From Octopus vulgaris (Eukaryota): DNA of 64,000 nt. The DNA lies in NCBI GenBank assembly GCA_951406725.2, contig OX597822.1:100812001-100876000 (forward strand), read 5' to 3'. Positions 39,101 through 50,717 of this stretch are shown here, piece after piece. The notes under the pieces are model-generated. The model did not search any database and was not told the origin of the DNA. It saw nothing but the letters and a program-made list of their open reading frames with translations. Position 1 is the stretch's first letter; the number at the start of each line of letters is the position of its first letter. A program made the translations under genes and the position numbers.

Positions 39101-40204
39101 GTGTATGCAATTATATTTAATATATATAAACAGCTTTTTTAAAAACTGAAATTTTCCTATAGGCTATTGTAACTCAAACGAAAACTTATTCTAGCGTGTG
39201 CATGGGAGGAGAGTAATTGATATAATGTAAACAGTCACCACTTTTTTTAAAAATAAAAATGCTGAAAAATTGCTTAAATGAAATTCAAACATTTTTCCTA
39301 TGATGTAACAACAGAAAACTTATTTCAGTATATGTGTGTGGTGTGTGTGTGTGTGTGTGTGTGCAGGCATGCTTATGAAGCGATACTGTTGGGAAATTAC
39401 GACAGGTTATGTTAAATACGCGTAAAATAAACTGTATTTACACGAACGAAATAGTTTTTACAGAAGTGAAACGTTTCCTGCCACCCAGTCAGTATTCACC
39501 AAATTATCAAGTGTAGTAACAGTGGGAGGGAAGACGAAGTTAGGCGTGTGTGTATATTATGTTTAAATGGAAGAGACAACATGTTTAACAAGGCAGTAAC
39601 TCTGATATGACAAGCTTTGCCTAGCTGGGCAAATGATCACAAAAGAGTAGTATTTCAAAACTAAAGTCTTTCAATACAGCGCCCACAAGTTTATAAGAGT
39701 TAGATAAAAATCGTCTTAAACCGAAATAGTTTATGAATAACAGCGTGTATTAAGTATTACGAGACTTTAAAACTAAATGCATAACTTCTAAAAGTATAAT
39801 TAGCGATACTTTATTTTCAAATCTAGCAAAAGTTGGAGTTAGTTTATAGAAGTTAAATAAAGAGTATAAACATATTATGATATGGGTATTGGATTATTGA
39901 TCAACAAACGGTCTGTTTATTTTAATAAAAGGGATTGAAAATAAAATAAAACGATACAAAGTAAAGGGGGGAAATTAACGACAGTGGGACAAATTAACAA
40001 TGAGTACTTGGATGGCGGTATAATTGATAATTGAAAACATTAGGGACACTCACTGAACAAAAACAATTTAGTAAAAAAAAACCCAGCAAAACTTGTGTTT
40101 ACTAGACTTAAATAAAACAGCTGAAATATATTTCTGAAACATGCGTAAGTATTAGAAAGACAACAACATTTATAATTGATATAAGCATCGATTAATTAAC
40201 TTAC

Positions 40205-40666
40205 CAGCTGAAATTCTCTCCTTCTATCGAATGTTAGCTTAATTGCTTTATCCTGCCACAACTGTTCGATACAATCAACATAAGGGAGGAAGTCACTTTC
40301 ATCCATATCTTGGGCAGATTCGATCGAAAATATCCGATTGGCATATTCTTCCTTTTGAGGATCTTCCCACGGAACCTTTAATTTGTTTCGTGCATCGATC
40401 AGGACTTTCATACCTTTTACTATGTTCATATAAATAACCGGTTTGTACTCCCGGAGAGAATCTTCGTTGAAGTCACTACCGTGAATTATACGCATCTGTT
40501 TGAGAAAAGTACTTTTCCCGCTTTCTCCGGCGCCTAGTAATAGCAATTTAACGATCAAGCGGGAATTTTTCTTATCCCGAGCCAACATTCGATCGATTTT
40601 CCGACTTCGACTTCTCTGTACTTTAGCATTTTCAGTGAGAAAACACGAACCCAACCATGAAGCCAT
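40205..40666 (-). CDS. GNA12/13: First coding exon (154 codons) of a heterotrimeric G-protein alpha subunit, G12/13 (concertina-like) class
   Basis: Translation MASWLGSCF...VKLLLLGAGESGKSTFLKQMRIIHG...NIVKGMKVLIDARNKL...LWQDKAIKLTFDRRREFQL. It contains the P-loop GAGESGKS, and KSTFLKQMRIIHG, KGMKVLIDAR and RRREFQL fit the G12/13 class. ATG context is AAAATGG. There is an N-terminal Cys and no Gly2. The exon ends at CTG|GTAAGT (phase 0), so the ORF's terminal VS-stop is intronic read-through. Confidence 0.95.
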
Positions 40667-41900
40667 TTTGGCAGAGTGTGTGTTGTGACGTCACATGTAA
40701 CTTCCTGTCAGACTTGGAATACCTGCAAGTGAAAACCTCTGTCGCCCTGCTTCGCCGAAAACACTTTTTTTCCTTTTTCTTTCTGTTATCTTTAACACTA
40801 ATGAGAGAACTTGGTTTTGTTTTCACTGCTATTGTACTTGTTTCTTTTCTTTTTCTTTTCTTTTTTTTTTTTTACCTACGCTTAGTTTTTTCTTAAACGT
40901 GGTAAACCCACAAGGATTTAAAAAAAAAAAAGAAAGAAAGCAAGAGAAAATAAAAGGGGAAAGAAATTCAATTTTGCTTGGTTAACGAATTGTTGTGGGC
41001 GGCGAGAGATTAAACCAGGATTGTCAAAGTTTGTCTCTCAAGATCACATGACTCAAGTGACACTGACGACCAGTGACTGAATGAAAGAGGAAGGGGTGTG
41101 TTCTACTACATGCACACTTGCATCCTACTACATTTTTTTGCTTCTCCAAATCAGATACTTGCACACTATTAACCGTGTATTACATATTTGCCTGTCATGG
41201 GCCCCAGCTCACGAGTACAGCAGCAGTCAAGAAGTTGTAGCAACGAAAAACTAAAATAAACAAATAGTTTGAAATGTGTTCTAAACTGTATAACGAATTA
41301 TTGATGTATGTCGTAAGACAAAATTTAATACTTAATTTTCTTAGCTTTAATTTTATTTTATTTTCTTAAAATTGTCGAACTTTTGGGGGATAATTGTCTT
41401 AGAAGACTTTACTAGTATTCGAAGTATTCATGCGATCAAAGGAGAAAATACGTAATTTACTGTAATTAATTATTTTTTTTTTTTTAAATAAAAACTTGTT
41501 TGAATTTCTGGGGTTAGTCGTCTAGAAAAGATTTACTACTATTCAAAGTATTTACATGATCAACTGCAGGGAAAATAGTCGAGGGTGTGGGGCGTACGAA
41601 GAAGCAAAGAGGAGTGGTCTTTTTGTAATAGTTCCAAACTAAGTTGTCTTCGCAGAACTGGCAGTCACTTAGTGAAAAAAAATCTACCAATTGCAGGAAG
41701 AAAATGGTTTGTAAGAAGGCGTTTACAGAGAAGCGAGGCAAGGAAAAAGGAAAGAGGGGAGAAATGTGTGTGTAAAAAAATATAAAAACTGTAGGAGGTA
41801 ATTATATGAGAGAGAGAGAGAGAGACGTCAGTCAAAGAATGAATGAATAACAGAGTTTTTTGAAATGAGTAAAAAGTAACATTACCAATTAAAAGAATTG
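40667..41900 (-). promoter_or_regulatory. Putative 5' UTR/promoter of the Galpha12/13 gene
   Basis: Free of recognisable TEs and CpG-retaining, immediately upstream of the ATG. Contains a full CRE inside the 12-bp palindrome TGTGACGTCACA (40684-40695) and an ETS-type ACAGGAAGT (minus strand, ~40700-40708). The TSS cannot be determined from sequence. Confidence 0.5.
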
Positions 41901-42312
41901 TTTGTTGTCGTTTTTTTTTTTTGCCTTTTATGGCGCTGTGTGTGTGTTTGTGTGTGAGTGTGCGCTAGCGTTGATTATTTTCTCTGTTGTTCAGTAGTTG
42001 TATAGGGTTTTCTGCTTGAAATATTTACATCAAAAGAAAGAAGAAAAAAAAAAAGCTCTATGAAGTACTTTTTATGCAACAGTGTTGTCGTAAGTTTATG
42101 ACGTCCTTCGAATTCCGATTTGACGCTGAAGCAATCGTACGGCAAGCTGGTTCCATTGACAACTTTGGAGAGAAATGAGTCATAGTCTGATAATGTCACG
42201 TTATGTTTTTTTTTTTACAGAGGAGGGGAAACTACGAAATAGTATTTGTAAAATCGTAACTTACGAAGACATTGTTTTGAATTGACAAAACTTTATTAAC
42301 CCTCTTGAGAGT

Positions 42313-42627
42313 GGAGGCGCAATGGCCCAGTGGTTAGGGCAGCGGACTCGCGGTCATAGGTTCGCGGTTTCGATTCCCAGACCGGGCGTTGTGAGTGTTT
42401 ATTGAGCGAAAACGTCAGGGGATGGTGGTGATCCCTGCTGTACTCTTTCACCACAACTTTCTCTTACTTCCTGTTACTGTTGTAGGGGCCGGCCTTGTCA
42501 CTCTCTGTGTCACGCTGAATGTCCCCGAGAACTACGTTAAGGGTACACGTTAATTTCACGAGCAGGCTGTTCCGTTGATTCGGATCAACCGGAACCCTCG
42601 TCGCCGTAAACGACGGAGTGCTTCCCC
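42313..42627 (+). mobile_element. SINE C, tail type 2, with internal deletions and a long TSD
   Basis: Head GGAGGCGCAATGGCCCAGTGGTTAGGGCAGCGGACTCGCGGTC, and direct repeat ATTAACCCTCTTGAGAGT at 42295-42312 and 42628-42645. Confidence 0.9.
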
Positions 42628-42748
42628 ATTAACCCTCTTGAGAGTAACACTCCTGAAACTGTTACTTGTTCGATGTTAAAACCTTTATGTTTTAAAGTGA
42701 TCTATATCTAAACAGCCAGAGACGTTTAAAACACGTAAGAAAATGTAA

Positions 42749-43484
42749 AGTACTACTTAAGATCAGTGGTCCCGGTGCGCGCACTCGCGTACTCGCGCAT
42801 CCGCAGCTAGTCGTGACTAGTCGATCCTACAACGATTACCTAGCAAAGTAAATAAAACATAAAATAAATGGATCTTTTCGGTTTGAACGGCAGTTTTTTA
42901 AAATAATTTCCACGTAACTAAACTCTTTTAAACTTCGTATACTGGTAGAATGTGTTTATAAAACATCTTTTTCTCTTGGCTTTATTGAGAAAATTCTATG
43001 GTTTGTAAGATATTTGTTGTTGTTTTTCTTCAATTTCTGCAATTTCAACCAATCAATGACGTCCATTGAGGTAAAAAAAACATTCTGTGTCGTATGAATA
43101 TGTCCTTCGTTTAAGAAACAGATTGGGTTTATTTACATTTGTGAAGAAAAAAAGATACCCTTCCCCCACCCCTAACCCTAACCCTAACTCTAACCCTAAC
43201 TAACCCTAACTCTAACCCTAACCCTAAAATAGATTGAAATGCAATAGATCGATGCTAGGGTCATAATTATGGGTGACAATTTCATATGACACCGCTAGAA
43301 AAAACTGCCGTTCAAACCGAAAAGATTCAATTTTTTTACACAAAGTAAATAATTTTTGTTAAACAAAGTAAATAAAACACAAAAACAAAGTAAATAATTT
43401 TTTAAAACAAAGTAAATAAAACACAAAAACACACAGTAAGGATCGAGTAGTCATGACTAGCTAGCGCTAGTCTTAAGTAGTACC
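42749..43484. mobile_element. Outer MITE with 9-bp TSD (Mutator-like)
   Basis: TSD AAAATGTAA at 42740-42748 and 43485-43493, TIR GTACTACTTAAGA / TCTTAAGTAGTAC, and subterminal IR GCTAGTCGTGACTAGTCGATCCT / AGGATCGAGTAGTCATGACTAGC. Confidence 0.8.
42870..43328. mobile_element. Inner MITE with 29-bp TIRs carrying a (CCCTAA)n tract
   Basis: GGATCTTTTCGGTTTGAACGGCAGTTTTT / AAAAACTGCCGTTCAAACCGAAAAGATTC (one mismatch), AAT on both flanks, and ~9 CCCTAA-like units at 43170-43227. Confidence 0.88.
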
Positions 43485-43763
43485 AAAATGTAAATTTCAC
43501 TTATTCATTATTTTGCGTCAAAATTTTCGTCGCACTAACTGCCACTTGGTCACTAACTGAATTGCACTGCAGCCTTTTATCATTAAAACAACCTTTCAAA
43601 ATTTCATGCCAAGTTTTAAACACCATATTGATAATGCCGTTTATTTTGCTAAACTCTTCATTATTACTAAAACTGATTTCAGCAGAAATATGGTGGCGAA
43701 AGAGTTACAATAAAATAATTGACGTGCTGCTGGAATTGTGGACTAAAAATATACGTATTTAAC

Positions 43764-43958
43764 GACGTCATTGATTTGTTGAAATTGCCGAAATACAAGA
43801 AATTAAACAAGAAATAGATTACAAACTACATAATTTTCTCAAGAACGCCAAGAGAAAAAGATGTTTTATATGACACATTCTACCACTATACGAAGTTTAA
43901 AAGTGTTTAGTTACAAAGAAATAATTTTTAAAATCTGCCGGTCAAAGTGAAAAGATCC
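43764..43958. mobile_element. Diverged, inverted partial copy of the inner MITE
   Basis: Reverse complement of ~42870-43065 (GCCAAGAGAAAAAGATGTTTTATA..ACACATTCTACCA.TATACGAAGTTTAAA..GAAAAGATCC). Confidence 0.8.
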
Positions 43959-44362
43959 TAAGTTTCTCGTTACGGTTGGAATAGTTCTCAGGTCAGACGG
44001 ACACGGGCTCGATCAACCTTGGCTGGATCAATTGTATGGAGGCATCTTTTGTAAAAGCTGGAACATCCAATGGCACCATGATACAACACCGATGATGTAT
44101 CCAAGTGTTGCATTGAACACATACTCTAGAAGGACATCATAGATATTTGGTTACTCTCTTTTACTCTTTTGCTTGTTTCAGTCATGTGACTGTGGCCATG
44201 CTGGAGCACCGCCTTTAGTCGAGCAAATCGACCCCAGGACTTATTCTTTGTAAGCCTAGTACTTATTCTATCATTTTTTTGCCGAACCGCTAAGTTACGG
44301 GGACGTAAACACACCAGCATCGGTTGTCAAGCGATGTTGGGGGGACAAACACAAATGCATAA

Positions 44363-44417
<55 letters not shown>

Positions 44418-46697
44418 TACGACGGGATTCTTTCAGTTTCCGTCTACCAAATCCACTCTTTGGTCGGCCCGATGCTTTAGTAGAAGACACTTGCCCAAGG
44501 TGCCATGCAGTGAGACTGAACCCGGAACGATATGGTTGGTAAGCAAGCTACTTACCACACAACCACTCCTACGCCTACAGTTGTTTACTTTAGCTTCTTG
44601 TTTATACTACTTGGATGAGGATGTGCCATATAAGACCCTAAACAGCCTGTGGCACCGGAATACAACACCGATGATGTATCCAAATATTGCATTTATAGAT
44701 GTAAGTTGAATTCATGCGCCACATGGACATCATAGATGTTTGGTTATTTACTTCAGCTTGTAGAAAGGCTTCTGCTAAGTTTCGAGGCATCTCACTCAGA
44801 TTTTCCAGTATAGGAACACGGTTCGATTATACTGCCATAAAAAAAAAAGGCCACGAGAAATTAATTGTCGTCATTAAAGGCATATATACCTACGTGAAAA
44901 TGGTTCGATCAATCAGATCGGCCAGTATGTAACCAAATAACAGTAGATTTGAAAGTAAGTTTTGGAAATTTTCGCCTCTTTATAGTTCTGCCGAAGGTTC
45001 TAGAATTTTTGACTGAATGCTATAAAAGTTGGGACATTGAACTCCCAAACAGAACAACCTCGGGTGCTTCATAGAACTCTGTTGGCAGTTTTGTTCTCAC
45101 TTTTTCTACTTATTCTATCTTCAATAACCATGAAAAATTTTCATCTTAATAGCAAAAATATCTCTAAATATATCTAAATAACTAAAATATTTCTTGTATG
45201 TGTATAAACATTTCTTGTTATAACCGAAGTGAATGCTTGCCCACAAAATCTCTAATAACATCATTGTTGCTTGGTTGTTAAATATGATTGATATCGTAGA
45301 ACTGATGAGGACAAAATTGTTTCTAATTCTTAAATATTACAATTCTCTATTGATGATTTTGTTATTGTTTTTTATGTTTTCGACAAACATCTACTAGTCA
45401 TCACCATCAAGGGAGCCTCTACGTGGTCGTTCGATCCGCCAGAAATAGCAGTCAAATGTCCTTCAAATAAATGCATAACCACTTCAAAAGGAAGGACACA
45501 TTAAATTATGCTTTAAATGTTATATAGTCATAAAACAGAAAGCAGGATGGTTACGGCTGGTCATAAGTCACCTTTAGCTCCAATGTTCACTTGGAGCTAA
45601 ACAACAGCTGCCATCACCACAATACCACCTGCACTACCACCAATAAAACACCATCATTAACACCACGCCACCACAACCACCACCACCGCCGCCGTCGCCG
45701 CGGTGACCAACGCTGTCATTACCACAAAGTATGTTTACCTCACTACCAGTGGCAGCTCGTAGATAAAATTATTTGGGGTGCTGCTTCAGAAAATTTCTAG
45801 CCGTTGTTTTAATATTGTGTAAAAGGAAACAAACATATAAAAAGAATATTTATACATAAACTTGATCGGTTCGCGTTTTAGCCACTGCCGGGTAGTGTGT
45901 TTAATTTGTTCACTGAACACCGCCGCGAATTCCCCCTTGTTTTTCAAAAATCCCCCCTAAATCACAAAATAATGGGTGGAAATGTACCCTATTTTTCAAA
46001 TCCTGGCAGCAACACTGAGGCTGGAAGCAGGATAATAATCTAATTCTACACTTTATCACATTCAAGAATATAAACACGTTTTTAAGCACAACACACGCGG
46101 AGTCAAAAAGAAACACTACCTTTCACCAGCACACCAGGGTCGGCACTGCGTGAACCACAGTGCTCTCTCTCCCTAGCGTGTAGCTTCCTATCTCGGACAT
46201 ATGAGCATGTGCATAACAGCCAAACACCGCGTCGCTGGAACTGTGCATTGCACAGTTCTGTACAAGGATTTTTTTTTTTTCATAAATTAGGGGATGGCTA
46301 CTGACATTAAGCTTAAGGATTATATAATGTACAAGTATAAAGGAAGAATTAAAGAAAAAAAGGACTCATTATATTGAATGCTATCGATTATATCGAGTGG
46401 AAATAGGGAGTGCTGCAGTTCTGCAGTGCCTATACACAAGCCACCACTGCTCACTACAGACTGTCCACAGCAAAACCTCCCAGAAATAGTACACCACCAT
46501 CTTAAATAATAGAGCGGCATAATGCATACTGTGGACCCTAATAAACAACAAAGAATAGGATAGTCAAGGCTATATCGGCTCTGTCACATGGGAGTTAACT
46601 AGGGGCTAAACAGCAACAGCAACAATAACAAAAGCAATAATCATTCTGTAGGTGGCTGTTCATAAACTTTTATCATTATAGTAATTTGTTCACAGCC

Positions 46698-47028
46698 ATG
46701 TATGTATGTATGTATGTATGTATGTATGTATGTATGTATGTATGTATGTATGTATGTATGTATGCATGAATGTATGTATGTATGTATGTATGTATGTATG
46801 TATGTATGTATGTATGTATGCATGAATGTATGTATGTATGTATGTATGTATGTATGTATGTATGTATGCATGAATGTATGTATGTATGTATGTATGTATG
46901 TATGCATGAATGTATGTATGTATGTATGCATGTATGTATGTATGTATGTATGTATGTATGTATGTATGTATGTATGCATGAATGTATGTATGTATGTATG
47001 TATGTATGTACGTACGTACGTACGTATG

Positions 47029-47062
<34 letters not shown>

Positions 47063-47481
47063 TGTTTATGTATGTATGTATGTATGTATGTATGTATGTA
47101 TGTTTATGTATGTATGTATGTATGTATGTGTGTATGCATGTATGTATGTATGTATGTATGTATGTATGTATGTATGCATGAATGTATGTATGTATGTATG
47201 TATGTATGTATGTATGCATGAATGTATGTATGTATGTATGTATGTATGTATGTATGTATGTACGTACGTACGTACGTACGTATGTATGTATGCATGAATG
47301 TATGCATGAATGTATGTATGTATGTATGTATGTATGTATGCATGCATGCATGTATGTATGTATGTATGTATGTATGTATGTATGTATGTATGTACGTACG
47401 TACGTACGTACGTACGTATGTATGTATGTATGTATGTATGTATGTATGTATGTATATATGTATGCATGCATGTATGTATGT
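46698..47481. repeat. ~780-bp (ATGT)n tetranucleotide array with GCATGA and GTAC variants
   Basis: Directly visible. It is the source of the MYVC/HTYI ORFs. Confidence 0.97.
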
Positions 47482-47721
47482 ATAATGTATGTATATCACT
47501 TTTCGTTTTGCCAACTGAATCGAATATGTTTTATGGAGGAGGTCTAATAACAACGAAACATGTCCATTGTTTACTCCTGTTGGTTTGAAAGACCAGTTCT
47601 GTTCCAAGCTGTCTGGCTTGTTCTGCCCTCAAATTTTAACTGATTGGCATAAAGCCTCTTAGGGGCATGCTCCATCTTCTGATCCACAGGCTCAATATTT
47701 TCCCTCCCGGCCTTTTATACA

Positions 47722-48590
47722 TATTTCTTTACTTCTACCCACAAGGGGCTAAACATAGAGGGAACAAACAAGGACAGACAAACGGATTAAGCCATTACAT
47801 CGACCCCAGTGCGTAACTGGTACTTAATTTATCGACCCCGAAAGGATGAAAGGCAAAGTCGACCTCGGCGGAATTTGAACTCAGAACGTAACGGCAGACG
47901 AAATACTGCTACCGCTAAGCATTTCGCCCGGCGTGCTAACGTTTCTGCCAACTCGCCGCCTTATTTATACCGCTACTTTAATGGGCTTTGCCTTTTATAC
48001 CGCTACTTTAATGGGCTTTGCTTTTCGAAACTGGTTGAGCTCGTGCTACCCCCACTGAATTACACCCGTTTCACATGTCTTTCTTCTTACCACCACCCTA
48101 GTTGTGTCCGACCAACAAGGCACTGCACCAATTTAATACAATGAGCTCGTTGTATATTATACGATTTTGACGGCGAGCTGGCAGAACGGTTAGCACGCCG
48201 GGTGAAATGCACAGCAGTATTTCGTCTGCCGTTACGTTCTGTGTTCAAGTTTCGCCGAGGTCGACTTTGCCTTTCATCCTTTCGGGGTCGATTAAATAAG
48301 TACCAGTTACGCACTGGGGTCGATATATATTTCTTTACTGCCCACAAGGGGCTAAACATAGAGGGGACAAACAAAGACAGACAAAGGGATTAAGTCGATT
48401 ACATCCACCCCAGTGCGAAACTGGTGCTTTATTTATCGACCCCGAAAGGATGAAAGGCAAAGTCGACCTCGGCGGAATTTGAACTCACAACGTAACGACA
48501 GACGATATACTTTATGCACGATTTTAAGCATTTCGCCCGACACTCTCCTTCGTTTCTCTCTTAGCTCGCCGCCGCTGGGGTCGATATAAT
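47722..48590. mobile_element. Cluster of three SINE B copies; the third is inserted inverted into the second
   Basis: Copies at 47722-47961(-), 48169-48327(+) and 48329-48574(-), with TSD CTGGGGTCGATATA at 48314-48327 and 48575-48588. Confidence 0.85.
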
Positions 48591-48767
48591 TGACTTCTCC
48601 TTTTTCTTCTGTTCTTCGCTTTTCCACTCAATTAATCACGTGAAAGCGTTGCAGACGGGCTAAGTAACGTAAGAAAAACTTAGTTAAAAACAAAAAATTT
48701 CACATTTCACTCACTACCACCTCTCCCTCCCTCTCCATCTCTCTCCTAGCTCTCTCCCTCCCCTCCC

Positions 48768-48875
48768 TGTCTGTCTGTCTCTCTGTCTGTCTGTTTGTCT
48801 GTTTGTCTGTCTCTCTGTCTGTCCGTCCGTCCGTCCGTCCGTCCATCCATCCATCCATCCATCCATCCATCTATC

Positions 48876-48965
<90 letters not shown>

Positions 48966-49051
48966 ATGTCTGTCTGTCTCTCCGTCCGTCCGTCCGTCAC
49001 AAGTCCAGTCCGTCCGTCCGTCCGTCCGTCCATCCATCCATCCATCCATCC

Positions 49052-49091
<40 letters not shown>

Positions 49092-49222
49092 GTGTCTGTC
49101 TGTCTGTCTGTCTCTCTGTCTGTCTGTTTGTCTGTTTGTCTGTCTCTCTGTCTGTCCGTCCGTCCGTCCGTCCGTCCATTATAAAATATAACTGTGTTAT
49201 GTCATAGATTTGACAGTCAAAA

Positions 49223-49310
<88 letters not shown>
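48768..49310. repeat. Compound tetranucleotide microsatellite (TCTG/TCCG/TCCA/TCTA blocks)
   Basis: Directly visible. The block order is repeated about twice. Confidence 0.95.
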
Positions 49311-49311
<1 letters not shown>

Positions 49312-49759
49312 AATGCCTGTCTGTCTGTATCTGTATCTATCTGTCTACCTATCGGTCTGTCTGACAGCGTTATCTGCTTACACGGCTGAAGACAGACTTG
49401 TGCGCGCGCGCGCGTATGTGTGTATGAGTGTGTACGTGTATGCGCGCGTGTGTGTGTCCAGGTGTGAATGAGTGTGTGAATGAGTGTGTGAGTGTGTTTG
49501 TGCACGCGCGTCTGTATGTGTGTGTGCGCCTGTCTATGCTATTTATGACGTCTAACAACCAACTTTGTTCGCTCGCAGTGTATCTCGTGTTCCGTCACCG
49601 GACTCTCGCCATTTCCGCATGTAACCGTGAGAGCCCCCCACCCACCCCCTTAACTTACATTTCAAGTAATTACATATCATTAATAACCAAACGTATCCAA
49701 GTCTTTGCTTCCTCTTCGCACCAGAATTCGCGCGTGTGGGCACGTACACACGCTCTCTT

Positions 49760-49794
<35 letters not shown>

Positions 49795-49812
49795 TACATG
49801 CCTGCATATTAT

Positions 49813-49886
<74 letters not shown>

Positions 49887-50001
49887 ATGTATTTATATTC
49901 TTTTATATCTATCTATCTATCTATCTATCTAGATTGAATACATGCACACGTGTGTGCATGTATATGTTTGTATGTATGAGTATTTGTATGCTTATACACA
50001 T

Positions 50002-50036
<35 letters not shown>

Positions 50037-50264
50037 CATACATATATATGTGTGTGTATATACGGCAGATCACGTATATATGCACATAAATACAGACACA
50101 TTTATGCGTGTGCAATGTATATATTTGTATGCATGCGTATTTGTATGTATATATATATATATATATATGAAAAAACAAGTCAAGATAGAAAATGCTAAAA
50201 TAATTTTATAAAGAACATTTCAGTACCGGTTTCGGTCATTACTCGTATGTTCCTTTTCACCCTT

Positions 50265-50296
<32 letters not shown>

Positions 50297-50321
50297 GCAT
50301 ATATGCATATATGCTCACTCA

Positions 50322-50365
<44 letters not shown>

Positions 50366-50673
50366 GACACGCACACACACACACACACACACATACTAGA
50401 CTTACTTCCCAGCCTTGCCCGATAAAGTATTCACAGAACTATTTGCCAGTTTGTAGAATGGGAATTTGCGGTACTTATGCATGTATATATATTTAACCTA
50501 ACTTCTGGTTTTATGTAATTGGAAGTATCCAAACAATAGCAATCAATTTATCTGAGTAGAAGCATTTCCTAATAATTTTTATCCTCAAAATCACCAGTTA
50601 CTTTCGTTTTAAAGTGAAAGAGAGGAGAAAGTGAAAAATGTATGAACGTGTATATGAAATGTACGTGTGTGTA

Positions 50674-50717
<44 letters not shown>

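Larger units (their letters stand above)
1..40204 (-). other. Probable very large intron of the Galpha12/13 gene (donor at 40204, acceptor not identified)
   Basis: Canonical donor GTAAGT at 40204-40199. No exon encoding the expected G[DE]S[VA]xYF continuation was recognised by eye, although a short exon could have been missed. Confidence 0.6.

Noticed and set aside
40723-40875. Possible 5' UTR intron (TAG|GTAAAA ... TTTTCACTTGCAG|)
   Set aside because: The donor is weak and the interior is purine-rich. It cannot be supported without transcript data.
42313-42385. tRNA genes (also at 4350-4419, 31146-31215 and 51745-51815)
   Set aside because: These are tRNA-derived SINE heads. They continue into SINE bodies with tails and TSDs, and lack a complete acceptor stem.
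43170-43227. True telomere or chromosome-fusion scar
   Set aside because: The tract is short, degenerate, single-orientation and enclosed by MITE TIRs.
44070-44760. Ankyrin-like pseudogene (TTPMMY..GHHRCLV)
   Set aside because: Motif spacing is wrong and the frames are broken. Kept only as a DNA duplication.
46641-47607. Long ORFs (up to 276 aa) of HTYI/MYVC repeats; similar ORFs at 13.9-14.2, 20.6-21.1, 48.8-50.2, 55.2-56.0 and 59.5-60.2 kb
   Set aside because: They are stop-free translations of (ATGT)n, (TA)n, (CA)n and (TCYR)n microsatellites.
49399-49530. Z-DNA-prone alternating purine-pyrimidine tract with (CG)n
   Set aside because: It is part of an ordinary microsatellite field, and such tracts are common in this window.
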